A stretch of DNA of 64,000 bases. Source: an uncultured Rickettsiales bacterium. Lineage in GTDB: Bacteria; Myxococcota_A; UBA796; UBA9615. The notes below the pieces were generated by a model. That model had not been told where the DNA came from. It was given only the letters and a program-made list of their open reading frames with translations, and did no database searches. Position 1 is the stretch's first letter, and every line of letters starts with the position of its first letter. Below are positions 50,346 through 60,100 of the stretch, piece after piece. The DNA is taken from assembly GCA_964344575.1 (NCBI GenBank), contig CAYFOA010000009.1, positions 8,458 to 72,457 of the forward strand, read 5' to 3'. Made by a program: the position numbers and the translations under genes.

Positions 50346-52820
50346 ATGATGCGGCGGGCGAGCGTGATTCTGGCGGCGGCGCTCCTGAGCGGGTGCGGCT
50401 GTGCGGACGGTCCCGACCAGCTCGAAGTCGTCATCGAGCCGGCGGCGCCCACCGCCGCCGACGCCCTCACCACCGTCGTGACGTGGGCCGGCGACGACGT
50501 CCCCGCCGAGGTGCTCGTCGGGCTCCGGTGGCAGGTGGACGGCGCGGACGTGGACGACCTCACCGAGGAGTCGGTCCCCGCCGGGCGCACCACCGAGGGG
50601 GAGACCTGGCGCGTCATCGCGACCCCCACCCGGGACGGCGTCGAGGGACGAGCCGCCGTCGACGAGGTCGTCATCAGCGCGGCCGGCGACGACGACGACG
50701 TGACCGACGACGACGACGTCACCGACGACGACGACTCCGGGGACGACGACGACTCGGCCCCGATCGACCTCGACGGCGACGGCGTCCCCGTCGGCGAGGA
50801 CTGCGACGACGAGGACCCCGCCAACTTCCCCGGCAACGCCGAGGTCTGCGACGGGGCCGACAACGACTGCAACGAGCTCGCGGACGCCGATCCCGACGGC
50901 GAGGTCGACGGCGACGGCGACGGGGCGCTCAGCTGCGCCGATCCCGACGACACCGACGACACCGTCTACCCCGGCGCACCCGAGCTGTGCGACGGCCTGG
51001 ACAACGACGGCGACGGCAGCCTCGGCCCCGACGAGGTCGACGGCGACGGCGACGGCTTCCTCGCCTGCGAGGAGGCGGACGACACGAACGACACCGTCTA
51101 CCCGGGCGCTCCGGAGCTCTGCGACGGGCTCGACAACGACGGCAACGGCACCCCCGACGCCGATCCGGACGGCGAGGTGGACGCCGACGGGGACGGGTCC
51201 CTGTCCTGCGAAGACTGCGACGACGCCGACGACGCCAACTTCCCCGGCAACGCCGAGGCGTGCGACGGGGCGGACAACGACTGCGACGTCACCACCGACG
51301 CCGCAGGCGGCGAGGGCGACGCCGACGGCGACGGGTCGCTGGGCTGCGCCGACTGCGACGACGGCGACGCCACCAGCTACCCCGGCGCGCCGGAGCTGTG
51401 CGACGGGCTCGACAACGACTGCGACACGGTGATCACCGGCGAGTCCGATGGCGACGGGGACGGCTTCCTCGCCTGCGAGGACTGCGTCGACAGCGACGAC
51501 GCCAACTTCCCCGGCAACCCCGAGGTCTGCGACGGGCAGGACAACAACTGCAACGGCGTCCCCGACTTCGACGCGGACGGCGAGGTGGACGGGGACGGGG
51601 ACGGCGCCCTGTCCTGCGAGGACTGCGACGACGACGAGGACGAGGCGTTCCCCGGCAACCCCGAGGTCTGCGGGGATTCGATCGACAACGACTGCGACGG
51701 CGACACCGACACCGACACCGACGCCGACGGCGACAGCTACTTCGACGAAGCCTGCGGCGGGACCGACTGCGACGACGCCGACGACACCGTCTACCCCGGC
51801 GCCCCCGACCCCGACGACGGCATCGACCAGGACTGCGACGGCGACCCCGACGGCGCCGACGCCTGGTCCGAGCTCAGCCCCGCCGGTGACACCCTCCCCG
51901 CATCGATGTACGCCGCCGGGGTGTGGGACCCCGTCCAGGGCCGCGTCCTCCTCGTCGGCGGGCAGACGTACTACGACCTCCTCGACGGGGTGTTCGCCTA
52001 CGACCCCGCCACCGACACCGTCACGGAGCTCGCCGTCACCGGGGGCCCGCCCCCCGCCCGCCTCGGCCACACCGTGGTCGTCGACACGGACGACGAGCGG
52101 CTCCTCCTGTTCGGGGGCCAGGGCTTCTACGACCTCTACGCCGACGTCTGGGCGCTCGACCTCAGCGTGCCCGCCGGCGCCTGGACCCAGCTCGCCCCCA
52201 CCGGCACCCCGCCCGCCGCCCGGGCCTTCCACGCGGCCGCCTACGACCCGACGTTCGACCGGATGGTCGTCTACGGCGGCACCGGCTTCCACGACACCTA
52301 CGGCGACACGTGGGAGCTCGACCTGGGCACCACCGACGGCGCCTGGACCGAGCTGCTCCCGTCGGGCGACGATCCGCTCCCGCGGACCGGCCACGGGTAC
52401 GCCTACGACGCCGGCGACAACCGGCTGTTCATCGGCGGCGGGGCGACGTTCCACGATCTCGGCGACTCGATGTACGTGTGGGAGCTCTCCAACGGCCTCG
52501 ACGGGGTGTGGAACGAGGTCACGCCGAGCCTGGGGACGCCGGATCCGGTCGTGGCCGGCGCCTGGGCGTGGGACCCGCTGCTGGAGCGCGTCGTCCAGAT
52601 CGGGGGTCAGACGTGGCACGACCTCCTGCTCGAGCCGCAGGCGGTCCAGTACAACCAGCTGGGGCAGCCGGAGTGGTTCGGCCTCGCCCCCGCGGGCGAC
52701 ACGCCGCCGGCGCGCCGGGGCGCCGTCAGCGTCTACGACCCCGACGACAACGTCCTCTACCTGGTCGGCGGGCAGACGCACTACGACCTGCTCGCGGACG
52801 TCTGGGCGCTGGAGTTCTAG
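50346..52820 (+). CDS. Lipoprotein with Myxococcus-type cysteine-rich repeats (MCR, putative metal-binding) and C-terminal Kelch beta-propeller repeats
   Basis: Lipobox LLSGCGC and poly-Asp tracts (DDDDVTDDDDVTDDDDSGDDDDS). About 9 repeats of CDDxDxxxFPGxxExCDGxDNDC. Then Kelch-like blades (GGQxxYDLLxDVWALD repeated). Confidence 0.82.
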   Translation: MMRRASVILAAALLSGCGCADGPDQLEVVIEPAAPTAADALTTVVTWAGDDVPAEVLVGLRWQVDGADVDDLTEESVPAGRTTEGETWRVIATPTRDGVEGRAAVDEVVISAAGDDDDVTDDDDVTDDDDSGDDDDSAPIDLDGDGVPVGEDCDDEDPANFPGNAEVCDGADNDCNELADADPDGEVDGDGDGALSCADPDDTDDTVYPGAPELCDGLDNDGDGSLGPDEVDGDGDGFLACEEADDTNDTVYPGAPELCDGLDNDGNGTPDADPDGEVDADGDGSLSCEDCDDADDANFPGNAEACDGADNDCDVTTDAAGGEGDADGDGSLGCADCDDGDATSYPGAPELCDGLDNDCDTVITGESDGDGDGFLACEDCVDSDDANFPGNPEVCDGQDNNCNGVPDFDADGEVDGDGDGALSCEDCDDDEDEAFPGNPEVCGDSIDNDCDGDTDTDTDADGDSYFDEACGGTDCDDADDTVYPGAPDPDDGIDQDCDGDPDGADAWSELSPAGDTLPASMYAAGVWDPVQGRVLLVGGQTYYDLLDGVFAYDPATDTVTELAVTGGPPPARLGHTVVVDTDDERLLLFGGQGFYDLYADVWALDLSVPAGAWTQLAPTGTPPAARAFHAAAYDPTFDRMVVYGGTGFHDTYGDTWELDLGTTDGAWTELLPSGDDPLPRTGHGYAYDAGDNRLFIGGGATFHDLGDSMYVWELSNGLDGVWNEVTPSLGTPDPVVAGAWAWDPLLERVVQIGGQTWHDLLLEPQAVQYNQLGQPEWFGLAPAGDTPPARRGAVSVYDPDDNVLYLVGGQTHYDLLADVWALEF
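50770..51850 (+). repeat. Tandem array of about 105-120-bp coding repeats (MCR units) inside the lipoprotein gene
   Basis: The motif ttccccggcaacgccgaggtctgcgacgg...gacaacgactgc recurs at about 50821, 51241, 51501 and 51651. Confidence 0.6.
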
Positions 52821-54607
52821 GGCTCCCAGGCGGGGTCGGGGAGGACCTTCGGGCCGGTGGCGCCGAGCGTGATCGTGATCCCCAGGCCGAGCCCCGCGAT
52901 CCCGGCGGTCACCGCCGTCGCCGCGCCGAACCGGTCGGTGCGGGTCCGGGCGTCGCCGAGCTCGGCCCAAGCGGCGTCGATCGAGGCCTGCCCGGCGCCG
53001 TTGTCGACGAGGTCCTGGTAGGCGGTCTCGGCGCCGGCCTCGTCGGCCGCGGCGAGGGCCGCCGTCGTCCCCAGGATCCCCGCCACGACGCCGCTCCCGA
53101 CCGCCACGATCGCCGTCGGCAACGGCCGCAGCGCCCGCTCCCGGGCGACGATCGCGCGCTCCTGCTGCCAGACCTCCCACCGGGTCTGCACCGCGCCCAC
53201 GCCGGGCATCGCCGGCCAGCCCACCGTCCGCGCGTTGACCGCCCCGGGCTCGATGATGAGCGACTCCCGCAGCTCCCCCAGGGTCGGGTGGGTGACCGTC
53301 AGCAGCCCGCGCCCGCCGAGCACGCCCTCGAGCCGGACGGGGTCGGCGAGGAGCACGCCGGTGACGGGGTCGAGGGAGCCGACGCCGCCCGGGACGTGGA
53401 GCTCGGTGGCCCGGTCGTCCCCCGCCAGCCCCTCGATCTCGAGTGACACCTGCGCCCCCGCGGGGAGCGCCGACAGCGTCAGCTTGGCGGGGAGGCGCGG
53501 CGCGGTCTCGAACCGCACCGTCTCGTCCCGGGTGACGTCGAGCTCGTAGCGGAGCGTCCCGTGTTCGGCGGACACCTCCAGTGCGACCGCCCCGGCGGTG
53601 ACCACCTGCGACCCGCCGACGGCCTCGAACTCGCCCTCGCTCCCCCACCCCGTCACGGTGATCCCCTCGACCAGCGCGACCTCCAGCCGGCCGACGCCGA
53701 CGTAGGTGGGGACGAAGTTCAGCGCCCGCGTCTCGCCCGCCGCCAGCGGCGGGACGTCGATCTCCTCGACCTGCAGCCCCCGCCCGGACGAGGTGAGCAC
53801 CAGCGGGAGCCCCACCGGGAGGTGCCGGAAGGCGGCGACGTTGCCGGGGCGGGCCTCGGGCTCCTGGACCTCGCGACCCCACCGCAGCTCGAGCCGCGGC
53901 ATGGCGTCCCCGGTGGTCACGGGGATGACGGCGACCTCGACCACGCCGAGCTCCCGCTCGAGGGCCGCGATCATGGGGCCGACGCCCGGCGCGTCGCCGC
54001 CGAGCTCGAGGTAGCGCCGGTAGGCGAGCGCGGCCTCCCGGTGCTCCCCCGCGCAGCGCGCCGCGTCGCCCGACAGCCGCCACCCGTCGGCCGCCTCGGG
54101 CGCGGCCTGGGTCAGCTCGGTGGCCGCCGCCCGGGCCGACAGGCAGTGGCCGGCCTCCAGCGCAGCCTCGACCCGCGCCCGGTACGGCGCCGGATCGAGG
54201 CCCGTCTGGAGCCCCGTCTCGACGACCTCCACCGCCGGACGTCGCGGCCCCCGCGGCTTCGCGGAGCCCTCCTCGGCGGCGGCCAGGCGCGCGAGCGCGG
54301 CCTCCGCCTCGGGCCGCGCGCTCCCGCCGGGGGCGAGCTCGAGGTAGGCGGAGAACAGGACCTCGGCGAGGGCGTGGTCCCCGAGCTGCTCGTAGGCGAG
54401 CCCCTTGACCACGAGCGCGGGGTAGAGGCTCGGATCCAGGCGGAGGGCGGACTCGGCCGAGGTGACCGCGCGCTCGGCGCGCCCGTCCGCGAGCTCGGCC
54501 CGTGCGTAGTCGAGCTGGCGGGAGGCCTCCTCCTCCGCCCCGCCCGCCGTCGCTGTCGCCGGCAGGAGCAGCGCGACGAGCGCCCCGATCGTCAGCAGCC
54601 GCCTCAC
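52817..54607 (-). CDS. Exported TPR-repeat protein with two C-terminal hydrophobic (TM-like) segments
   Basis: The GTG at 54607 overlaps the stop of the upstream paralog-3 gene (GTGA). Signal peptide RRLLTIGALVALLLPATATA, TPR-like N-terminal region, beta-rich middle, and hydrophobic stretches AIVAVGSGVVAGILGTTAALAAA and AVTAGIAGLGLGITITLGA. The stop shares CTAG with the convergent MCR/Kelch gene. Confidence 0.6.
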   Translation of the reverse strand: MRRLLTIGALVALLLPATATAGGAEEEASRQLDYARAELADGRAERAVTSAESALRLDPSLYPALVVKGLAYEQLGDHALAEVLFSAYLELAPGGSARPEAEAALARLAAAEEGSAKPRGPRRPAVEVVETGLQTGLDPAPYRARVEAALEAGHCLSARAAATELTQAAPEAADGWRLSGDAARCAGEHREAALAYRRYLELGGDAPGVGPMIAALERELGVVEVAVIPVTTGDAMPRLELRWGREVQEPEARPGNVAAFRHLPVGLPLVLTSSGRGLQVEEIDVPPLAAGETRALNFVPTYVGVGRLEVALVEGITVTGWGSEGEFEAVGGSQVVTAGAVALEVSAEHGTLRYELDVTRDETVRFETAPRLPAKLTLSALPAGAQVSLEIEGLAGDDRATELHVPGGVGSLDPVTGVLLADPVRLEGVLGGRGLLTVTHPTLGELRESLIIEPGAVNARTVGWPAMPGVGAVQTRWEVWQQERAIVARERALRPLPTAIVAVGSGVVAGILGTTAALAAADEAGAETAYQDLVDNGAGQASIDAAWAELGDARTRTDRFGAATAVTAGIAGLGLGITITLGATGPKVLPDPAWEP

Positions 54608-55056
54608 GGCTGGGCGAGGTAGCCCTGGAGCGTGTACTGCGTCCCGTTGCCCCAGCCGAGCTGGACGCCCGTCCCCGGGGCGAAGGGGATGCGCGCCCGC
54701 CCCGTCACGACGAAGTTGTCGAAGCGGGGGTCGTTGACGCCGTACGTGCAGGTCAGCCACATCCCCCGGATCTTCGGCGTCGTGACGCTCCCGACCTCGT
54801 ACACCGGGCCGTTGGTGCTGGAGCCCTGGTCGGCGCACAGCCCCGTGAGGACGAACGTCCGGTCGGCGGGCACCGTGTAGACGATCTCGTTGTCGGTGGT
54901 CGTCGTCCCCGCCACCGACACCCAGGGGGCCTCGCCGCCGGTGACCACCGGGCCCGTGAACTGGGCGTTCGCGGCCGGCGTCGTCTGCAACAGGTATCCG
55001 GTCGCGGCGATCACGGCCGCGACGGCGAACAGAAGGGCGGGCAAGCGGTCGAGCAT
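54604..55056 (-). CDS. Small secreted protein, paralog 3 of the same family
   Basis: 150 aa with a signal peptide and GAGGAGG before the ATG. Motifs GPVVTGGEAPW, YTVPADRTFVLTGLC and LQGYLAQP. Confidence 0.7.
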   Translation of the reverse strand: MLDRLPALLFAVAAVIAATGYLLQTTPAANAQFTGPVVTGGEAPWVSVAGTTTTDNEIVYTVPADRTFVLTGLCADQGSSTNGPVYEVGSVTTPKIRGMWLTCTYGVNDPRFDNFVVTGRARIPFAPGTGVQLGWGNGTQYTLQGYLAQP

Positions 55057-55097
55057 CGGGGCCTCCTCGTGCGGAGGCCGAGTCTACCGAGATCCGA

Positions 55098-55622
55098 TCA
55101 GGCCTCCTTGGCGGCCTCGAGCTTCGCGCTGCAGTTGCCGCAGCAGGTGAACACGGTCTTGCCGTCGATCTCCTGCTTGGGGCTGTTCTCGGTCACCTGG
55201 AAGACCACGCCGCTCATCGGGCAGCGGACCAGGGAGCCGACCTTGGCGTCCTTCATCTCGACGATGTCGGACTCGGCGTACTCGCCCTCGTAGGCGGCGC
55301 CGGCGCAGCTCTTGTGGCAGTCCTTGTCGGACGTGTCCTTCGGCGCCTCGGCGGCCTCGCCGGCGTCGGCGGTGGCCGTCGTGGTGGCCGCGCTCTTGGA
55401 GTACGGGCAGGGCTTGTCGCAGTCCTTGCCGGACGCGTCCTTGGGGGCGGCCTCGGCCTCGGCCTCGCCCGCGTGGGCGACGGAGACGATGCCCGCGCCC
55501 TCTCCGTCGGAGCAGGGGCAGAACACGGCGATCCCGACGCCCGTGCCGACCAGGAGGGTCAGGCCGGTGGCGGCGGAGATGAGGGGCTGGGCGGAAGCGA
55601 AGGCGATGAGGCTCTTGAACAT
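55098..55622 (-). CDS. Secreted Cys-rich protein with a C-terminal YHS/TRASH-like metal-binding domain
   Basis: Signal peptide, N-terminal CPCSDGEGAG, CDKPCPY and CHKSC motifs, then RCPMSGVVFQV...FTCCGNCSAKLE. Confidence 0.55.
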   Translation of the reverse strand: MFKSLIAFASAQPLISAATGLTLLVGTGVGIAVFCPCSDGEGAGIVSVAHAGEAEAEAAPKDASGKDCDKPCPYSKSAATTTATADAGEAAEAPKDTSDKDCHKSCAGAAYEGEYAESDIVEMKDAKVGSLVRCPMSGVVFQVTENSPKQEIDGKTVFTCCGNCSAKLEAAKEA

Positions 55623-55657
55623 GGCGCGAATGGTAGCGTCACGCGCGGAGGAGATCG

Positions 55658-57124
55658 ATGGGTTCCCATGCTGCAGCGGTGAAGATCGAGGGCGCCGACC
55701 CCGGTCTGTACAACGAAGATCTGGCCCCCACGGCCCCCGAGGGGCGCACCTGGAGGTGGACCTCCATCGCGGCCCTGTGGGTCGGAATGGTCGTCTGCGT
55801 GCCGACCTACATGCTCGCCGCGGGGATGATCTCCCAGGGCATGTCCTGGAAGCAGGCGGTCTTCACCGTCCTGGCCGGTCAGGTCATCGTCCTCGTCCCG
55901 ATGATGCTCGTCGGCCACGCCGGCACGAAGCACGGCATCCCCTTCCCGGTGCTCCTCCGGTCGTCGTTCGGGACCGCCGGCGCCAACGTCCCCGCCATCC
56001 TCCGCGGCCTCGTGGCGTGCGGCTGGTTCGGCATCCAGACGTGGGTCGGCGGCTTCGCGATCTACACCTTGCTGAACGCTCTGAGCGGGGACTGGTTCAA
56101 GGGCGAGGCGTTGCCGATCCTGGGCATCGACTTCTGGCAGTTCGTCTGTTTCCTCGGCTTCTGGGCGATCCACGTCTGGTTCATCGCCAAGGGGACCGAG
56201 TCGATCCGCTGGCTGGAGACGTACGCGGCGCCGTTCCTCATCGCAATGGGGCTGGCGCTGCTGTGGTGGGCCTACTCCAAGGCGGGCGGGTTCGGCGAGA
56301 TGCTCTCGACGCCGTCCTCGATCAAGGAGGGCGAGTTCGCGGGCGTCTTCTTCCCCAACCTGACCGCGATGGTCGGCTTCTGGGCGACGTTGGCCCTCAA
56401 CATTCCGGACTTCACCCGCTACTGCGGCACCCAGCGGGACCAGGTGCTCGGGCAGGCGCTCGGGCTGCCCCCGACGATGGCGCTCTTCGCGTTCATCGGC
56501 GTGGCCGTCGCGTCGGCGACGGTCGTCATCTTCGGCGAGGCCGTGTGGGACCCGGTGGAGCTGCTCGGGAAGATGGGCGGCAGCGCCGTGATCATCGCGC
56601 TCTTCGTGCTCGCGGTGGCGACCCTGACGACGAACCTGGCCGCGAACGTCGTCGCCCCTGCGAACGGGTTCAGCAACATCAACCCCGAGAAGATCAGCTT
56701 CAAGATGGGCGGCTACATCACGGCCGGCATCGGGATCATCATCTTCCCGTGGAAGCTCCTGGAGTCCACCCAGGGCTACATCTTCACGTGGCTGATCGGC
56801 TACTCGGCGCTCCTCGGCCCGATCGCCGGCATCCTCATCGTCGACTACTTCTTCATCCGCAAGACGGACCTGAACATCACGGACCTCTTCCGCAAGGACG
56901 GCGAGTACCGCTTCGCGAGCGGCTGGAACCCGATCGCCCTGGTCGCGCTGGTCCTCGCCGTGCTCCCCAACGTCCCCGGCTTCATCAACGCCGCCACCGG
57001 CGCGAACGCGGCCGAGGGGTTCACGCCCGGGCTCTTCGACCAGCTCTACACGTACGCCTGGTTCGTCGGCCTCGCGATCGCGGGGGTGATCTACGGGGTC
57101 GGCATGAAGGTGACCGGCAAGTAG
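55658..57124 (+). CDS. NCS1-family nucleobase:cation symporter (cytosine/uracil/allantoin/hydantoin permease family)
   Basis: 488 aa, 12 TM, N-terminal NCS1 consensus (WRWTSIAALWVG...GWFGIQTWVGG). Confidence 0.82.
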   Translation: MGSHAAAVKIEGADPGLYNEDLAPTAPEGRTWRWTSIAALWVGMVVCVPTYMLAAGMISQGMSWKQAVFTVLAGQVIVLVPMMLVGHAGTKHGIPFPVLLRSSFGTAGANVPAILRGLVACGWFGIQTWVGGFAIYTLLNALSGDWFKGEALPILGIDFWQFVCFLGFWAIHVWFIAKGTESIRWLETYAAPFLIAMGLALLWWAYSKAGGFGEMLSTPSSIKEGEFAGVFFPNLTAMVGFWATLALNIPDFTRYCGTQRDQVLGQALGLPPTMALFAFIGVAVASATVVIFGEAVWDPVELLGKMGGSAVIIALFVLAVATLTTNLAANVVAPANGFSNINPEKISFKMGGYITAGIGIIIFPWKLLESTQGYIFTWLIGYSALLGPIAGILIVDYFFIRKTDLNITDLFRKDGEYRFASGWNPIALVALVLAVLPNVPGFINAATGANAAEGFTPGLFDQLYTYAWFVGLAIAGVIYGVGMKVTGK

Positions 57125-57134
57125 TCTCCGCGCG

Positions 57135-60100
57135 GTGACCCACCGCCTCGTCCGCAGCCCGCGCGCCCGCCCGCGCCTCCTCGCCGCCGCGAAGTGGCTG
57201 ACGGAGCGGGGGACCGGCGCGCGCGTGCTCGTGGTGGGGGCCCAGCGGGACGCCGCCCGGGACGTGGTCCGGCTGGTGGCCTCCCGCGCCGGGGCGTCCT
57301 TCGGGTGGACGCCGACGACCCTGGACGCGCTCGCCCGCGAGCTGGCCGGGCCCGCGCTGGCCGCCGCGGGGCTCGCGCCGGCGCCGGGGGTGGCGGTCGA
57401 GGCGGTGTGCGCGCGGGTGGTGGCGGAGGCCTCGGCGGGGGGGACGCTGGGCCGGTTCGAGCCCGTCGCCGAGACACCGGGGCTGCCCCGGGCGCTGGCG
57501 CGGACGCTGGGGGAGCTGCGGCTCGCGGACATGCCGACGTCGCGGTTGCCGCAGACGCTGGCGACGCTGGCGGACGCGTTCGACGAGGCGCTCGCCGCGA
57601 CCGGGCTCGCGGATCGCGCCGCCGTCCTGAAGGCGGCGACGGCGGCGGCGGAAGGGGGGTCGGCCGGTCCGGCGCTCCTGTTGCTCGACCCGGCCATCGG
57701 GAGCCCCGTCGAGCAGCGGTTCGTGACGGCCCTGGCGGCCCGGGCGCCCCACGTGCTGGTGACGCTGCCGACGGGGGACGCGCGGACGGCGCGGTACGTC
57801 TCGCAGGCGCTGTCGGCGGCAGCGGTGGCGCGTGGCGACGGAGGGGCCGCGGAGTTCGAGGAGCTCCTCGCCGGCGGCGAGGCGGCGCTGGCGCGGCTGC
57901 AGCGGAACCTGTTCGCCGAGGAGGCCCCGCCCGAGGCCCCCGCGGACGGCTCGGTGGTCCTGATGTCCGCGCCGGGGGAGGGGCGCGAGGCGGTGGAGAT
58001 CGCGCGACGCATCCACCGGGCCGCCGACCGGGGGATGGCGTTCGACCGGATCGCGGTGCTCACCCGGAGCCCCGAGCTGTACCGCGCCCACCTCGAGGAG
58101 GCGCTCCGCCGGGCCGGCGTCCCCGCCTGGTTCGACCGCGGCGCGCGGCGGCCGGACCTCGGCGGCCGGGCGCTCCTGGCGCTCCTCGCGTGCGCCGCCG
58201 AGGGACTCAGCGCGCGCCGCTTCGCCGAGTACCTGTCGCTGGGCGAGGTGCCCGACGCGGAGCCCGCCGGCGCCCCGCCCGAGCCGGTCCCGCCCGCCCA
58301 CCGGTGGGTCCCGGCGGCGGACGCGGACGCCGAGGTCGCGCCCGACGAGGCGCCCGCGCGGCACGGGGAGGACGGGGCGGACGGGGAGGACGGGGACGTC
58401 GCCGCGGCCGCCGCTCCCGGTGCGACGACCGCCCCCGTCTACCGCGGCACCCTCCGCGCCCCCCGCCGCTGGGAGCAGCTCCTCGTCGAGGCGGCCGTCA
58501 TCGGCGGGCTGGACCGGTGGCGCCGCCGCCTCGACGGCCTCCGCGCGGAGACCGAGACGTGGCGGGAGACGGTCGACGACGAGGACCCCAAGGCCGGCTG
58601 GATCGACCGCCGCCTCGTCGAGCTGCGGCACCTGGAGGCGTTCGCGCTGCCCCTGCTGGCGGACCTCGCCGACCTCCCCGCCGCGGCGACGTGGGGCGTC
58701 TGGATCGATCTCCTGGGCGACCTCGCGACCCGCGCCGTGGCCCACCCCGAGCGCGTCCTCGCGCTCCTCGGGGCGCTCCTGCCGATGGCGTCCGTCGGCC
58801 CCGTCGACCTCGCCGAGGTCCGGCGCGTGCTCGAGAAGCGCCTCACCGACCTCGTCGAGTACCCGAGCGGCCGCCGCTTCGGGCGCGTCTTCGTCGGCCC
58901 CCCCGAGGCGGCCCGGGGGCGGAGCTTCGAGATGGTGTTCGTCCCCGGCGTCGCCGAGCGGCTCTTCCCGAAGAAGCTGGTCGAGGACCCGATCCTGCTC
59001 GACGAGCTCCGGCGCGGCCTCTCCGCCGACCTGGAGACGGCCGACGACCGCGTCGACGCCGAGCGGCTCCGGCTCCGGCTCGCCGTCGGCGCCGCCAACA
59101 AGCAGCTCGTCCTGTCCTGGCCCCGCATCGACACGGCCCGCTCCCGCCCCCGCGTCCCCTCCTTCTACGGGCTGGAGGTCGTTCGCGCGGCCGAGGGGAC
59201 GCTGCCCGGGTTCGGCGAGCTGGCCGCGCGCGGCGACGCCGAGTCCGCCGTCCGGATCGCCTGGCCCGCCCCCGCCGATCCCGGCGAGGCCATCGATCCG
59301 GCCGAGCACGACCTCGCGCTCTTCGACCGCGTCCGCCGGAAGACCCAGCCGGAGGCCGCCGGGACCATGCGCTACCTGCTGGAGGCGAACCCCTTCCTCG
59401 CCCGCAGCCTCCGCGCCCGCTACGCCCGCTGGACGGTCTCGAAGTTCAACCAGCACGACGGCCTCGTCGCCCCCCGGGAGGAGGCCGCGGCGGCGATGGC
59501 CGCGCACCAGCTCGAGGCCCGCTCGTTCAGCGCGACCGCGCTCCAGGACTTCGCCTCCTGCCCCTACCGGTTCGCCCTCCGCACGGTCTTCCGGCTCGCT
59601 CCGCGCGAGGTCCCCGAGGCCATCGAGTACCTCGATCCGCTGAGCCGCGGCTCGCTCGTCCACGACACCCAGTTCGAGGTCCTCACCGAGCTCCGGAGCA
59701 GCGGCCGGCTCCCGATCACGGCGGCGAACCTCCGGGCCTGCCGCGACGTCCTCGACGCCACCCTCGACGCCGTCGCGGCGAGGTACGCCGAGGAGCTGGT
59801 GCCCGCGATCCCCCGCGTCTGGAACGACGCCGTCGCCGCCATCCGGACCGACCTCCGGGAGTGGCTGCGGCTGCTCTCCGAGGACGTCGCGTGGACGCCC
59901 CACCGCTTCGAGCTGGCGTTCGGCCTGAGCGGCGACGACGGCCGCGACGAGCACAGCGTCCCCGACCCCGTCCCGTTGGACTGCGGCATCCGCCTGCGGG
60001 GGTCGATCGACCTCGTCGAGCAGGCCCGTGACGGCAGCGCGATCCGCGTCACCGACTCCAAGACGGGGCGGGCGCGGGTGTCCCCGGGGGCCGTCATCAA

